42,365 bases of DNA from Gemmatimonadales bacterium. Lineage in GTDB: Bacteria; Gemmatimonadota; Gemmatimonadetes; Gemmatimonadales; Gemmatimonadaceae. The stretch spans positions 1-42,365 of the forward strand of contig JBBSCZ010000001.1 in the NCBI GenBank assembly GCA_038249795.1. Direction: 5' to 3'. Made by a program: the position numbers and the translations under genes. The stretch's first letter is position 1; each line of letters opens with the position of its first letter. The notes beneath the pieces were generated by a model that saw only the letters and a list, made by a program, of their open reading frames with translations, made no database searches and was not told the DNA's origin. Of the stretch, positions 1-8,146 are shown one piece after another.

Positions 1-23
1 GGCCATCGGGATCGTAAATCAGC

Positions 24-410
24 TTGCGCGCGACGTCGAAGAACGTGCGCCGGGGATCGGGAAACTCGACCATCGTGAAACGTGAGGCTGTGTTCGAGAG
101 GGACGAGTGGCGGTGCGTGTACTGCGGTGAGCAGTTCGCGGCCGCGCTGCTGACGATCGATCACGTGCAGCCGCAGGTGCGTGGCGGCGATGGCTCCGGC
201 GGCAACGTAGTGACCGCCTGTGCCGCCTGCAATTTACGGAAGGGACACCGCCGCCTGGCAGAGTTCCTGCTCGACGAGCCCGCCGCGCTGGTAAATTTCC
301 GGCAGTTCGCCCGACATGTCTGGCCTCGCCACCTCCGCACGCTCGACGAGGCGATCACCGCACTGCACCGCCGCCGCGACACGGGTCACGGCGCGCCACC
401 GAGCCGGTGA
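24..410 (+). CDS. small stand-alone HNH endonuclease
   Basis: 128-aa ORF with CVYCG ... DHVQP ... ACAACNLRKGH, i.e. two CxxC pairs plus His/Asn of a His-Me finger. The frame opens after TAA at 15-17. The TTG start at 24 is uncertain (GTG at 75 is possible). Confidence 0.7.
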   Translation: MRATSKNVRRGSGNSTIVKREAVFERDEWRCVYCGEQFAAALLTIDHVQPQVRGGDGSGGNVVTACAACNLRKGHRRLAEFLLDEPAALVNFRQFARHVWPRHLRTLDEAITALHRRRDTGHGAPPSR

Positions 411-715
411 AACACATGCTCCTCGACGACCTGCCCGTGTTTCAGATGCTCGACGACGATCCGCTCCAGCACGGCGCGGTCGACGTTCGCGTACCAGATC
501 CCATCGGGATACACCACTACGATCGGGCCGGCCGCGCACACGCCGAGGCACGGTGTTTCGCCTCGCTTCACGCGGTCAGGGCCGAACAGCAGGTTCTCGC
601 GCTGCAACAGACGCGCCAGCTCGGAGTAGATCGCGCGACCACGACGATCGGTGGTGCAATACGACCCCGTGCAGACGAGCACGTGTCGGGCGTACGGGTC
701 CATCTGCGGAAGCAT
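386..715 (-). CDS. thioredoxin-like [2Fe-2S] ferredoxin
   Basis: 109 aa. HVLVCTGSYC (C-x4-C) and CLGVCAAGP (C-x3-C) match the four-Cys pattern of the Fd4/NuoE-like ferredoxin fold. It lies 3 nt downstream of the DUF155 gene. Confidence 0.7.
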   Translation of the reverse strand: MLPQMDPYARHVLVCTGSYCTTDRRGRAIYSELARLLQRENLLFGPDRVKRGETPCLGVCAAGPIVVVYPDGIWYANVDRAVLERIVVEHLKHGQVVEEHVFHRLGGAP

Positions 716-718
716 GCG

Positions 719-1891
719 TCAGTGGCGGAAGATGGCGATCAGAATCTCGAGCACGATCAACAGCACGATGGCCAGTTCGAGGGCCTCGCTGCGCGCTGAC
801 TGCTGCTCGTCGTTCAACATGGAATACGTCTCACGAATGATCGTGAGCTTTCGATCGATCCCGGCGCGCCACGTCCGACCGCGGAACAGCTCCAGCGCGG
901 CGGCGTAGATGCGCGCCAGATAGACGTCGTCGGTGACCTTGAGCGCATTCTCCACGCGCTCCACCAGCTCGGTGCTGTCGGCCACGGTGCGTTGCAGTTC
1001 GGCGAGCACCGGCGCATAGCGACGATTGAACAGCGACAGCGCCTTGCCACCGGGACGCGCCGCCTCGATCCGGTCGTACATCCGCGGCAGCTCGGCATCG
1101 AGCGTGGCATCGTAGAGCCGCAGCTCGAGCAGTTGCGCGTTCGCGAACTCGAGGATGAACTGCACGTCGGTGTCCGCCGGCGACGGATCGACGATGAGCG
1201 CGTTGTCCCACGTCAGGATGGCGAGATCCTCGGACGTGTAGCTGAAGCGATGCGGCAACAGTTCGCGCATCGCCTCGGCGCTGAGCGTGCGACGATCGTT
1301 CAGCAGCAGCGGCGACAGCAGTCGCTCATGCAGAACCGAGGGCAGCGCCTGCACGCCCTGCACATCCGTCAGCCGAGCCACGCGATAGACGATGTAGTCT
1401 TCCGTCTGCGCCGCAATCTCCGGGCGCTCGATGCAGACCGTGAATCGCGCCACCAGAGCGCGCAGGTTGGCGTCGAGGACTGCGGGGATCGTCTCGGCGG
1501 CGTCCAGCATCTCGCCGAAATCGAGGAAGCCGGCCCAGGTGATCCCCTTTGGCGCCGGCACCTGCGCCCGCATGCTCACGACGCCGAAGTCGAAGATCCG
1601 CGCGCTCAGGACCAGTGTGAGACGTTCGCCACCGACCATCACGCTTTCGTTGCCAAGACTGACAGTGACGGGTGGATTCGGAATCTGCAGCGCCTGCGCT
1701 TCGCCGCGGACTGGACGGACGCGTTCTGCCGTCTGCGTCGCGAGGAAGTCGAGCACGGCATCCAGGTCGATCCCGTATCCCACGTCGTACAGCCGATAGA
1801 CCACCGCATCGCCATCGACGTGCAGCGCATCGGCGGAGACGACCGGCAGCAGCGAGCTGGAGAGAGGTGTCATCGGATCACGGGTCATCAT
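719..1891 (-). CDS. RMD1/DUF155 family protein with C-terminal membrane anchor
   Basis: 390-aa ORF. The C-terminus ...ALELAIVLLIVLEILIAIFRH resembles the conserved DUF155 terminal helix. The family call comes from pattern memory only. Confidence 0.5.
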   Translation of the reverse strand: MMTRDPMTPLSSSLLPVVSADALHVDGDAVVYRLYDVGYGIDLDAVLDFLATQTAERVRPVRGEAQALQIPNPPVTVSLGNESVMVGGERLTLVLSARIFDFGVVSMRAQVPAPKGITWAGFLDFGEMLDAAETIPAVLDANLRALVARFTVCIERPEIAAQTEDYIVYRVARLTDVQGVQALPSVLHERLLSPLLLNDRRTLSAEAMRELLPHRFSYTSEDLAILTWDNALIVDPSPADTDVQFILEFANAQLLELRLYDATLDAELPRMYDRIEAARPGGKALSLFNRRYAPVLAELQRTVADSTELVERVENALKVTDDVYLARIYAAALELFRGRTWRAGIDRKLTIIRETYSMLNDEQQSARSEALELAIVLLIVLEILIAIFRH

Positions 1892-2031
1892 GCAAAGCTA
1901 CGCGCATTCGGTGTCCGGACTGGCGCGGGACGACGATCGGCGCGACGATAGGGTGTGGCCCGCATCGCTGGCCCGTACTAGCGGCTCGAAGTAAAGCCGA
2001 CTGATCCGTTCCCGTATCTCAGCACACCGTC

Positions 2032-2946
2032 ATGACGTCTCCTGTCCACGCCCCCGATTCGGCCATCGCCGGTCGCGGTTACAGCAACCCCGAAGTTCTG
2101 GTGAGCACCAGCTGGCTCGCCAACCACATCGGGGACGCATCGCTGCGCCTGCTGGAGTGCGACGAGGATGTACTCCTGTTCGACTTCGGCCACATCCCCG
2201 GCGCCCAGAAGATCGACTGGCACACCGACCTGAATGATCCGGTGATGCGCGACTACGTGTCGCGCGAGCAGTTTCAGGTCCTGCTTCGCCGTCTGGGCAT
2301 CGACGACGACACCCTGGTCGTCTTCTATGGCGATAAGAACAACTGGTGGGCGGCCTATGCGTTCTGGGTGTTCCATCTCTTCGGTTTCCGCAATGCGCGT
2401 CTGCTCGATGGCGGTCGCATGAAGTGGGAGATGGAGGGGCGCGCACTGGTGACCGATCGCAGCACCCATGACGCATCGAGCTACGAGGCTCGTGATCGCG
2501 ACGATGCGCCGATCCGGGCTTTCCTGCCCGATGTGCTGGCGCAGGTGAAAGCCGTTGGCCAACTCGTCGACGTGCGCTCGTCGCCCGAGTACACCGGCGA
2601 GAAGCTGCACATGCCGGAATATCCTCAGGAAGGTGCGATGCGCGGCGGTCACGTACCGGGTGCGCGCAGCGTACCATGGGCCAAGGCCGCCAATCCCGAT
2701 GGGACATTCAAGTCGGCAGCCGAACTGCGCGCCATTTACGAAGGCGAGCAGCAGCTGAGCGCAGATGTGCCGACGATCACCTACTGCCGCATCGGTGAAC
2801 GCTCGTCGCACACCTGGTTTGCGCTGACGTACCTGCTCGGCTACCGTGACGTGAAGAACTATGACGGCAGCTGGACCGAGTACGGCAACGCGGTCCGTAC
2901 GCCGATCGTGACTGGTCTTGCGCCTTTCGCCCTGCCTACGACATGA
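2032..2946 (+). CDS. thiosulfate sulfurtransferase (two-domain rhodanese)
   Basis: 304 aa. The active-site loop [14 protein letters not shown] matches the CRxGERS type of CysA-like rhodaneses. An N-terminal inactive rhodanese domain is present. Confidence 0.85.
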   Translation: MTSPVHAPDSAIAGRGYSNPEVLVSTSWLANHIGDASLRLLECDEDVLLFDFGHIPGAQKIDWHTDLNDPVMRDYVSREQFQVLLRRLGIDDDTLVVFYGDKNNWWAAYAFWVFHLFGFRNARLLDGGRMKWEMEGRALVTDRSTHDASSYEARDRDDAPIRAFLPDVLAQVKAVGQLVDVRSSPEYTGEKLHMPEYPQEGAMRGGHVPGARSVPWAKAANPDGTFKSAAELRAIYEGEQQLSADVPTITYCRIGERSSHTWFALTYLLGYRDVKNYDGSWTEYGNAVRTPIVTGLAPFALPTT

Positions 2947-3416
2947 CCACGCCAACTTCTCCCGCCAGGCTGCTGTCCACCATCCAGCTCACCTGGGACG
3001 GCGATCACCGGTTCGACAGTGGTCGCCCGGGTGGGCCGACGCTTCGCCTCGATGGCAGTGGCGAGACGGGGCAGAGCCCGGTCGACGCGGTGATGAGCGC
3101 GCTGGCCGCGTGCACTGCGGTGGACGTGGTGGATATCCTGGCCAAGCGCCGCACGCCGTTGTCGGCGCTGTCGATCGACGGCGTCGGAACACGCGCGGAC
3201 ACCATGCCGAAGCGGATCGTGTCGGCCGAGCTGACGTACCATCTCACCGGTGATGGCGTCGATCGAACGCACGCGGAGCGCGCCATCGAGCTCGCGATCA
3301 CGAAGTACTGCAGTGTACGTGACACGCTCGACCCTGACTTGCCGATTCACTACCGCGCCGTGCTCAATGGGGAGGCGGGAGAGCTCCGTGTGGCCGGGGC
3401 GTCGGGCGAGGGGTGA
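2943..3416 (+). CDS. OsmC/Ohr family protein
   Basis: 157 aa with [22 protein letters not shown] and ...[11 protein letters not shown], the two conserved Cys contexts of OsmC. ATGA overlap with the rhodanese gene. Confidence 0.8.
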   Translation: MTTPTSPARLLSTIQLTWDGDHRFDSGRPGGPTLRLDGSGETGQSPVDAVMSALAACTAVDVVDILAKRRTPLSALSIDGVGTRADTMPKRIVSAELTYHLTGDGVDRTHAERAIELAITKYCSVRDTLDPDLPIHYRAVLNGEAGELRVAGASGEG

Positions 3417-3425
3417 TGGCGGGCG

Positions 3426-3842
3426 TCAGGGGGTAAGCGAATCGCTGGCGTGTCGGCACGAGCGCAGCTCGCGCTGGTTGTGCCAGTGTGCGGTGATCAG
3501 GGCCGAAGCGGCGACCAGCACGAGGCTCAGTTCGAGCATCGAGGGCGGCACGTGCAGCAGGCGCGTGATCAGCAGGATGGCGATGCCACCGGTGAAGAGC
3601 GCCAGCGGCAGCGGACGGCGATGCTGCCGATAGCCCGGCACGAGTGCCAGCAGCCCGACCAGCATCGACGCGCTCAGAAAGAGCCAGTCCAGCCAGGGCT
3701 GCGCGACGATCTCGAGCGCCGGCGCAACGCCCAGCAGCAGTGTGACGCCCGCACAATGCACGGCACAGACGAACGATGCTGTCGCACCGACGATGTCGAG
3801 CGAGCGGTGCTGTGCATCTGAGCTGTGGGCGGGGACGGTCAT
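3426..3842 (-). CDS. MerC-domain membrane protein
   Basis: Internal ATG at 3842 gives MTVPAHSS... The protein has 4 hydrophobic helices and a VCAVHCAG motif in helix 1. The upstream part of the 188-aa ORF looks non-coding. Confidence 0.5.
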   Translation of the reverse strand: MTVPAHSSDAQHRSLDIVGATASFVCAVHCAGVTLLLGVAPALEIVAQPWLDWLFLSASMLVGLLALVPGYRQHRRPLPLALFTGGIAILLITRLLHVPPSMLELSLVLVAASALITAHWHNQRELRSCRHASDSLTP

Positions 3843-3927
3843 CAGACGCGGAGGAATGAGCTGGGCGATGCGGGCAACTCGCCAAGGAGGCCTGCGTGCC
3901 TTCTGACCACGGAATGATACTGAGATC

Positions 3928-3952
3928 GATAAGTGATACGCAAATATCAATC
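3928..3952. promoter_or_regulatory. candidate Fur-family (Zur-like) operator in the merC-like/rpmE2 divergent region
   Basis: An AT-rich island in GC-rich DNA reads GATAAGTGATACGCAAATATCAATC. It has the inverted pair TGATA-N6-TATCA and GATAAT-like hexamers. TGATAC also occurs at 3915-3920. Confidence 0.25.
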
Positions 3953-4151
3953 GTTCACGTCGTCTGCAGTCTGTCAGGTCGCTGGTATCCAACTGATGAG
4001 TCGCAGCTAATGGTGCGGCGCACGAGTAATGAGCCGGCGGGGGAGCAGGTCCCGAGCCCCCCTGCCATGTCAGACCGGGCGTCGTTAGGTTTCGTGGCTA
4101 GCCGGGAAACTGTGTACCCCGGCGCGTGACCCTCAAGACGAGTTAGCTGCC

Positions 4152-4394
4152 ATGAAGGACGGCATTCATCCCGCGTATCACCCGGTGATCTTCAAGGACG
4201 CATCGTCGGGTTTCGCGTTCGTGACCCGCTCGACGCAGTCCAGTGCTCAGATGATGGAATGGACCGACGGCAAGTCGTATCCCGTCATCACGATGGAAAT
4301 CACCAGCCATTCGCACCCGTTCTACACGGGCCAGCAGCGCATGATCGACACGCAGGGTCGTGTGGACCGCTTCAAGAAGCGTTACGCTCGCTGA
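4152..4394 (+). CDS. rpmE2: 50S ribosomal protein L31 type B (Cys-less paralogue)
   Basis: 80 aa: MKDGIHPAYHPVIF...SHSHPFYTGQQR...RFKKRY. The CxxC zinc ribbon of type A L31 is absent. Confidence 0.9.
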   Translation: MKDGIHPAYHPVIFKDASSGFAFVTRSTQSSAQMMEWTDGKSYPVITMEITSHSHPFYTGQQRMIDTQGRVDRFKKRYAR

Positions 4395-4419
4395 GTGTCT
4401 GGTTGCAGGACAATCGAGA

Positions 4420-4455
4420 GGGCGGACGGTGCTTCGATGCGCCGTCCGCCCTTTC
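4420..4455 (+). terminator. intrinsic-terminator-like hairpin after rpmE2
   Basis: GGGCGGACGG (4420-4429), a 12-nt loop and CCGTCCGCCC (4442-4451), followed by TTTCG. The U-tract is short. Confidence 0.45.
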
Positions 4456-4467
4456 GCATCGCGGCAT

Positions 4468-4523
4468 GCAAATCGGTGACAGTGCACTCAATCTTGCGAT
4501 TGAGTGCACTGTCACCGATTTGC
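4468..4523. repeat. 56-bp perfect palindrome, copy 1
   Basis: GCAAATCGGTGACAGTGCACTCAAT cttgcg ATTGAGTGCACTGTCACCGATTTGC. It has 25-bp perfect arms and a 6-nt loop, and is identical to 4691-4746. Confidence 0.9.
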
Positions 4524-4538
4524 TCGGCGGGCAAATGC

Positions 4539-4690
4539 TTAGAAGCGGATTTCGAAGTCGAAGGAAAGCCATTCGGCCTGGTCGACGAAGTGCAGACGCG
4601 TCTCGACGAACGGCTTGTAGCTCGATGCCTTCATGTTGTAGTAACCACCAAGATTGAAGCCCAGGTCGGTGGAGGTGAATCCATTGGACC
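4539..4690 (-). pseudogene. orphan C-terminal fragment of an outer-membrane beta-barrel gene
   Basis: The minus frame reads ...NGFTSTDLGFNLGGYYNMKASSYKPFVETRLHFVDQAEWLSFDFEIRF*. It shows an alternating beta-strand pattern and a terminal Phe beta-signal. There is no N-terminus, and upstream the frame runs into palindrome copy 2. Confidence 0.4.
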
Positions 4691-4762
4691 GCAAATCGGT
4701 GACAGTGCACTCAATCTTGCGATTGAGTGCACTGTCACCGATTTGCACTGTCACCGATTTGC
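4691..4762. repeat. 56-bp perfect palindrome, copy 2, plus a 16-bp tandem duplication of its 3' arm end
   Basis: 4691-4746 is identical to 4468-4523. TGCACTGTCACCGATT occurs at 4728-4743 and again at 4744-4759. Confidence 0.9.
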
Positions 4763-4776
4763 TCCTGCTCTGCAGA

Positions 4777-5313
4777 TCACTGCAGTTTGAATGTCAGACC
4801 AAGATTGAGCGTCGACGCACCGGGGCCCAGATCGCCGTACAGCGCCAGGTTCGGCTTCAGGAAATATCGCCCGCCGGCGCGGCCTATCACGTACAGCCCG
4901 CTGCTGGCACCACAGTCATCAATGCCGAAGTTGTTGCAGCTGACCGAACGAAAACCAAGGCCCGCCCCCAGGAAGAGATCGAGCTTGTACGACGGGTCGA
5001 GGCGGAAATGGTAGTTCATCGTGGCACCCACGGGGATGTAGCGGACGTTGCCACGGGCGTTGCGGCGGGAGCGCGAGACGGTATAGACATCGGCGCTGAC
5101 TCCGAAGCCGAGCAGCCCGTTACCGAGATCCGGCAGGCTCTTGAACACATTCTCATATCGTCCGCCGAATGCGATGCTGGCATTCCCGACGTCGCCGATG
5201 CCGAGTACGATACCGACGTCGGAATATCCGCGCCGGACCTGTCCGCTGACGGGTAGCGCGCTGCCTGCGAGAAGAACGGCTGCCAGTGCGAGGTTGCGAT
5301 AGCTGGTGCGCAT
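4777..5313 (-). CDS. small outer-membrane beta-barrel protein
   Basis: ATG at 5313 gives the signal peptide MRTSYRNLALAAVLLAGSALPVSGQ. Gly/aromatic-rich amphipathic strands follow. It ends ...LNLGLTFKLQ. Confidence 0.65.
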   Translation of the reverse strand: MRTSYRNLALAAVLLAGSALPVSGQVRRGYSDVGIVLGIGDVGNASIAFGGRYENVFKSLPDLGNGLLGFGVSADVYTVSRSRRNARGNVRYIPVGATMNYHFRLDPSYKLDLFLGAGLGFRSVSCNNFGIDDCGASSGLYVIGRAGGRYFLKPNLALYGDLGPGASTLNLGLTFKLQ

Positions 5314-5410
5314 GAAATGAGCTGAATGTGAAATGAGCGAGAGCAACCAGATTCGGCCGCGACGTACTCATCTGCACATTCGGTGCCCGTGATGCACGAG
5401 CCCGAACCAG

Positions 5411-5785
5411 TCAGGCCACGCCGCAGACGTCGCAGCGCCCAAACAGCATGACTTCATGCCCATCTGTCACGAATCCGGGCGGCGCCAGCTTGAGAATGTC
5501 GGCCGGGCACCCATCCACTTCGAAAACCTTGTCGCAGGTGCGGCAATGGAAGTGATGGTGGTGGCCGAGATGCGCGATCTCGTACCGGGGGGCCTCACCG
5601 GGAATGTCGATGCTGGTGATCTCCCCCTCGTCCATCAGCGTCTTGATCGTGCGGTAGACGGTGGCGATGCCCATCGTCGGCACCTCTGTCTTGGCGGCCG
5701 AGAGCACCTCGGCAGGCGACAGCGGGCGGTGCAGCGCCGTAAAGACGCGCCGGATCGCCCCGCGCTGCCTGGTATTGCGTTCCAT
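5411..5785 (-). CDS. Fur family transcriptional regulator
   Basis: Internal ATG at 5785 gives MERNTRQRGAIRRVF...ATVYRTIKTL...HHHHFHCRTCDKVFEV...FGRCDVCG. This shows a winged helix, a His cluster and two CxxC pairs. Confidence 0.85.
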   Translation of the reverse strand: MERNTRQRGAIRRVFTALHRPLSPAEVLSAAKTEVPTMGIATVYRTIKTLMDEGEITSIDIPGEAPRYEIAHLGHHHHFHCRTCDKVFEVDGCPADILKLAPPGFVTDGHEVMLFGRCDVCGVA

Positions 5786-5851
5786 CGACTCCTCCAACGG
5801 GTGACCCGCGACAGTTTCGACCGCACAGCCTTTCGACTGTGGCGTTACTAT

Positions 5852-5870
5852 TGATAACCATATGATAACC
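5852..5870. promoter_or_regulatory. AT-rich direct repeat TGATAACC-N3-TGATAACC between the fur-family gene and SCO1
   Basis: TGATAACCATATGATAACC lies in the 152-bp divergent intergenic region. It shares the TGATA core with the site at 3928-3952. Confidence 0.25.
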
Positions 5871-5937
5871 GAGTGGCTGCAGAAATGTAGAAATGCAGCA
5901 GTGGCGAGAAGCCGTGGTCGTTCCGAGGTAGTTTTGG

Positions 5938-6510
5938 GTGATGCGTTTTCTTCCTGTTGCGGCGCTGCTGCTCTCGTTCGCCGCCTGTTCTCCGCCGGCA
6001 TTCAACGGCGTGACCTTCGACCCTCCCGAGGCGGCACCACCGCTGCGGCTGGCCGACAGCACCGGCACCCCCTTTTCGCTCGAGGCGCAGAAGGGGAAGG
6101 TCGTCCTGGTCTTCTTCGGCTATACGCATTGCCCCGACATCTGCCCGACGACCCTGCTCGACTGGAAGAAGGCCGCAGCTGCGCTCGGGGATCGAGCGCG
6201 CGATGTCCGGTTCGTCTTCGTGAGCGTGGATCCGGAGCGCGATTCCCCCGCCGTGTCGCAGCGCTATGCCGCACGGTTCGACCCGTCCTTCACCGGGCTC
6301 AGCGGAACAGAGGATGAGATCGAGGCGCTTCTCAAAGGCTGGAAGCTGGCCGCGTTCCGCGATGGCATACCCGGAGACACTGCCATGGTGTATACGATGA
6401 GCCATCCTTCGCAGGTGTTCGTCGTCGACCCCGACGGACGCTTGCGCCTCATTCACCGCGCCGGCTTGACGCCGGCTCAGATCGCCGCCGACATCCGCGC
6501 CCTGCTGTGA
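5938..6510 (+). CDS. SCO1/SenC family copper chaperone lipoprotein
   Basis: 190 aa. It has the lipobox LLSFAAC, FGYTHCPDICP (CxxxC) and a downstream conserved His (MSHPSQVFVVD). Confidence 0.85.
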   Translation: MMRFLPVAALLLSFAACSPPAFNGVTFDPPEAAPPLRLADSTGTPFSLEAQKGKVVLVFFGYTHCPDICPTTLLDWKKAAAALGDRARDVRFVFVSVDPERDSPAVSQRYAARFDPSFTGLSGTEDEIEALLKGWKLAAFRDGIPGDTAMVYTMSHPSQVFVVDPDGRLRLIHRAGLTPAQIAADIRALL

Positions 6511-6935
6511 CACGCCCTGCCATCCTGCTGCCGAGCCTCGCGCTCACCCTGCTGACCGCCTGCTCGTCCAGCCAGGCCCCCGTCGCAGATCCCGACGCTC
6601 CACACATGCGGCCGGCCGAGCTCGGTGCCTCGTCGGCGCTGTACTTCACGCTGCGAAACCCCGGTGTGGACACACTGGTTCTGCTCGCCGCAGAGATCGA
6701 CGTTGCGGAATCGGCCAATATTCATCAGTCCATGGATCACGACGGCATGGCGAGCATGCATTCGATTGATTCCGTGCTCGTGCTGCCGCAGGACTCCGTC
6801 CGGTTCAGCGAGCGGGGGCTGCATGTGATGGCGAATGGCCTGCGCGCTCCGCTGCTGGTTGGCGACACGGTGGCGGTGCGCCTGCGCTTCCGTGGCACAC
6901 GGGTGGACACCGTCCGCGTGCTCGTGCGTGAGTGA
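6507..6935 (+). CDS. PCu(A)C-type periplasmic copper chaperone (DUF461)
   Basis: 142 aa. It has the lipobox LLTAC and a His/Met-rich segment HQSMDHDGMASMH. GTGA overlap with SCO1. Confidence 0.75.
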   Translation: MTRPAILLPSLALTLLTACSSSQAPVADPDAPHMRPAELGASSALYFTLRNPGVDTLVLLAAEIDVAESANIHQSMDHDGMASMHSIDSVLVLPQDSVRFSERGLHVMANGLRAPLLVGDTVAVRLRFRGTRVDTVRVLVRE

Positions 6936-6957
6936 GCCGTGGCGTCGGTACACGAAG

Positions 6958-7287
6958 ATGGCAACCGTGATTCTGGTGACGGCCAGCGCGACCTGGTGGG
7001 CCTGGCCACGCCCGGCCGTCGAGCTGCGGGTGGAACTCGGCGGACGCGGGATGATCGTCGACCGCTGGGGCAGGACGTCACCGCTACCCGATACCGTCTT
7101 CATCGAGGCGCAGGGCCGAAGCACCAAGGTGCGCGTGGTGAATCAGGACACCACCTACCAGACGCTTGGCATTTTCGGCGCGGCGGCGAACACCTCGCGT
7201 ACGTTCAGCGTACCGCTGCCGGGCAGCTACGGCGGCTTCTGCTCGGCGCACGCATCGGGCGGCTCGATCACGTACGTGGTCCAGTGA
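6958..7287 (+). CDS. hypothetical exported protein with cupredoxin-like C-terminus
   Basis: 109 aa from the ATG at 6958 (GTG at 6928 is also possible). It has a hydrophobic N-terminus. ...VVNQDTTYQTL...LPGSYGGFCSAHASGGSITYVV resembles a cupredoxin last strand, but the Met ligand is missing. Confidence 0.4.
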   Translation: MATVILVTASATWWAWPRPAVELRVELGGRGMIVDRWGRTSPLPDTVFIEAQGRSTKVRVVNQDTTYQTLGIFGAAANTSRTFSVPLPGSYGGFCSAHASGGSITYVVQ

Positions 7288-7382
7288 ACAGCGTGCCAGT
7301 GCGCAACTGGGTCGGAACTTCGCTTTCACCCGGCTAGTTTTTTCTTCGTGCAGCACTCCAGACTCCCGGAACGGACGGCACC

Positions 7383-8027
7383 GTGGCAGTGACACCCGAA
7401 GCGGTACATCGTGAAGAGATCGCGAACGCGGTGACGCATGGCATCGGTGCGCTGGCGAGTGCCGCCGCTGGAGCGGTACTGGTCACGCTGGCGACACTGA
7501 ACGGGACGCGGATGCAGCAGGTGAGCGCGATCATCTTCTGCAGTTCACTGTTGCTGCTGTACACGTCGTCGACGCTGTATCACGCGATACCGTCGGCCGT
7601 GGCCAAGCGCTGGTTCAAGATCTGCGACCACTGCGCGATCTATCTGCTCATTGCCGGCACCTACACACCCTTCGCGCTCATCGGGCTGCGCGGAACGGTG
7701 GGGTGGTGGCTGTTCGGTGTGGCGTGGGGGCTGGCGGCGGTCGGCGTGATGTTCAAGCTGTTCTTCACCGGGCGTTTCAAGCTGTTCTCGACGCTGGTGT
7801 ACATCGGCATGGGCTGGATGGCGGTGTTCGCGATCCGGCCCATGATGGTCAACATTCCGCTTGCCTCGCTGGTCTGGCTGGTGGTGGGCGGCGTTGCATA
7901 TACGGCGGGCACGATCTTCTACCACAACGAGAAGCTGCGCTACTCGCATGCGGTCTGGCATCTGTTCGTGCTGGCCGGCAGCGCCTGCCACTTCGTCGCC
8001 GTGATCAGCCAGGTCATTCCGGCCTGA
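7383..8027 (+). CDS. hemolysin III / PAQR family membrane protein
   Basis: 214 aa and 7 TM helices. Motifs: EEIANAVTHGIG, LYHA, HCAIYLLIAGTYTPF, HAVWHLFVLAGSACHF. Confidence 0.85.
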   Translation: MAVTPEAVHREEIANAVTHGIGALASAAAGAVLVTLATLNGTRMQQVSAIIFCSSLLLLYTSSTLYHAIPSAVAKRWFKICDHCAIYLLIAGTYTPFALIGLRGTVGWWLFGVAWGLAAVGVMFKLFFTGRFKLFSTLVYIGMGWMAVFAIRPMMVNIPLASLVWLVVGGVAYTAGTIFYHNEKLRYSHAVWHLFVLAGSACHFVAVISQVIPA

Positions 8028-8146
8028 GCGTTTCCGCCGCCAATATCGCCGGCGGACTGAGGGCGGGGGCCGGATCGGCTATCTTCCATGCTTCCTCAGC
8101 TTTCATCGAATTTCAGGCGCCGGTTCAGGCGCCGACGACCACCGAC

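Noticed and set aside
4777-5346. The idea that the intact OMP gene and the orphan fragment (4539-4690) are one gene split by insertion of the palindrome.
   Set aside because: The two coding segments are in different frames. The 72-bp palindrome block is a multiple of three, so simple excision would not restore a single ORF. A more complex rearrangement remains possible.
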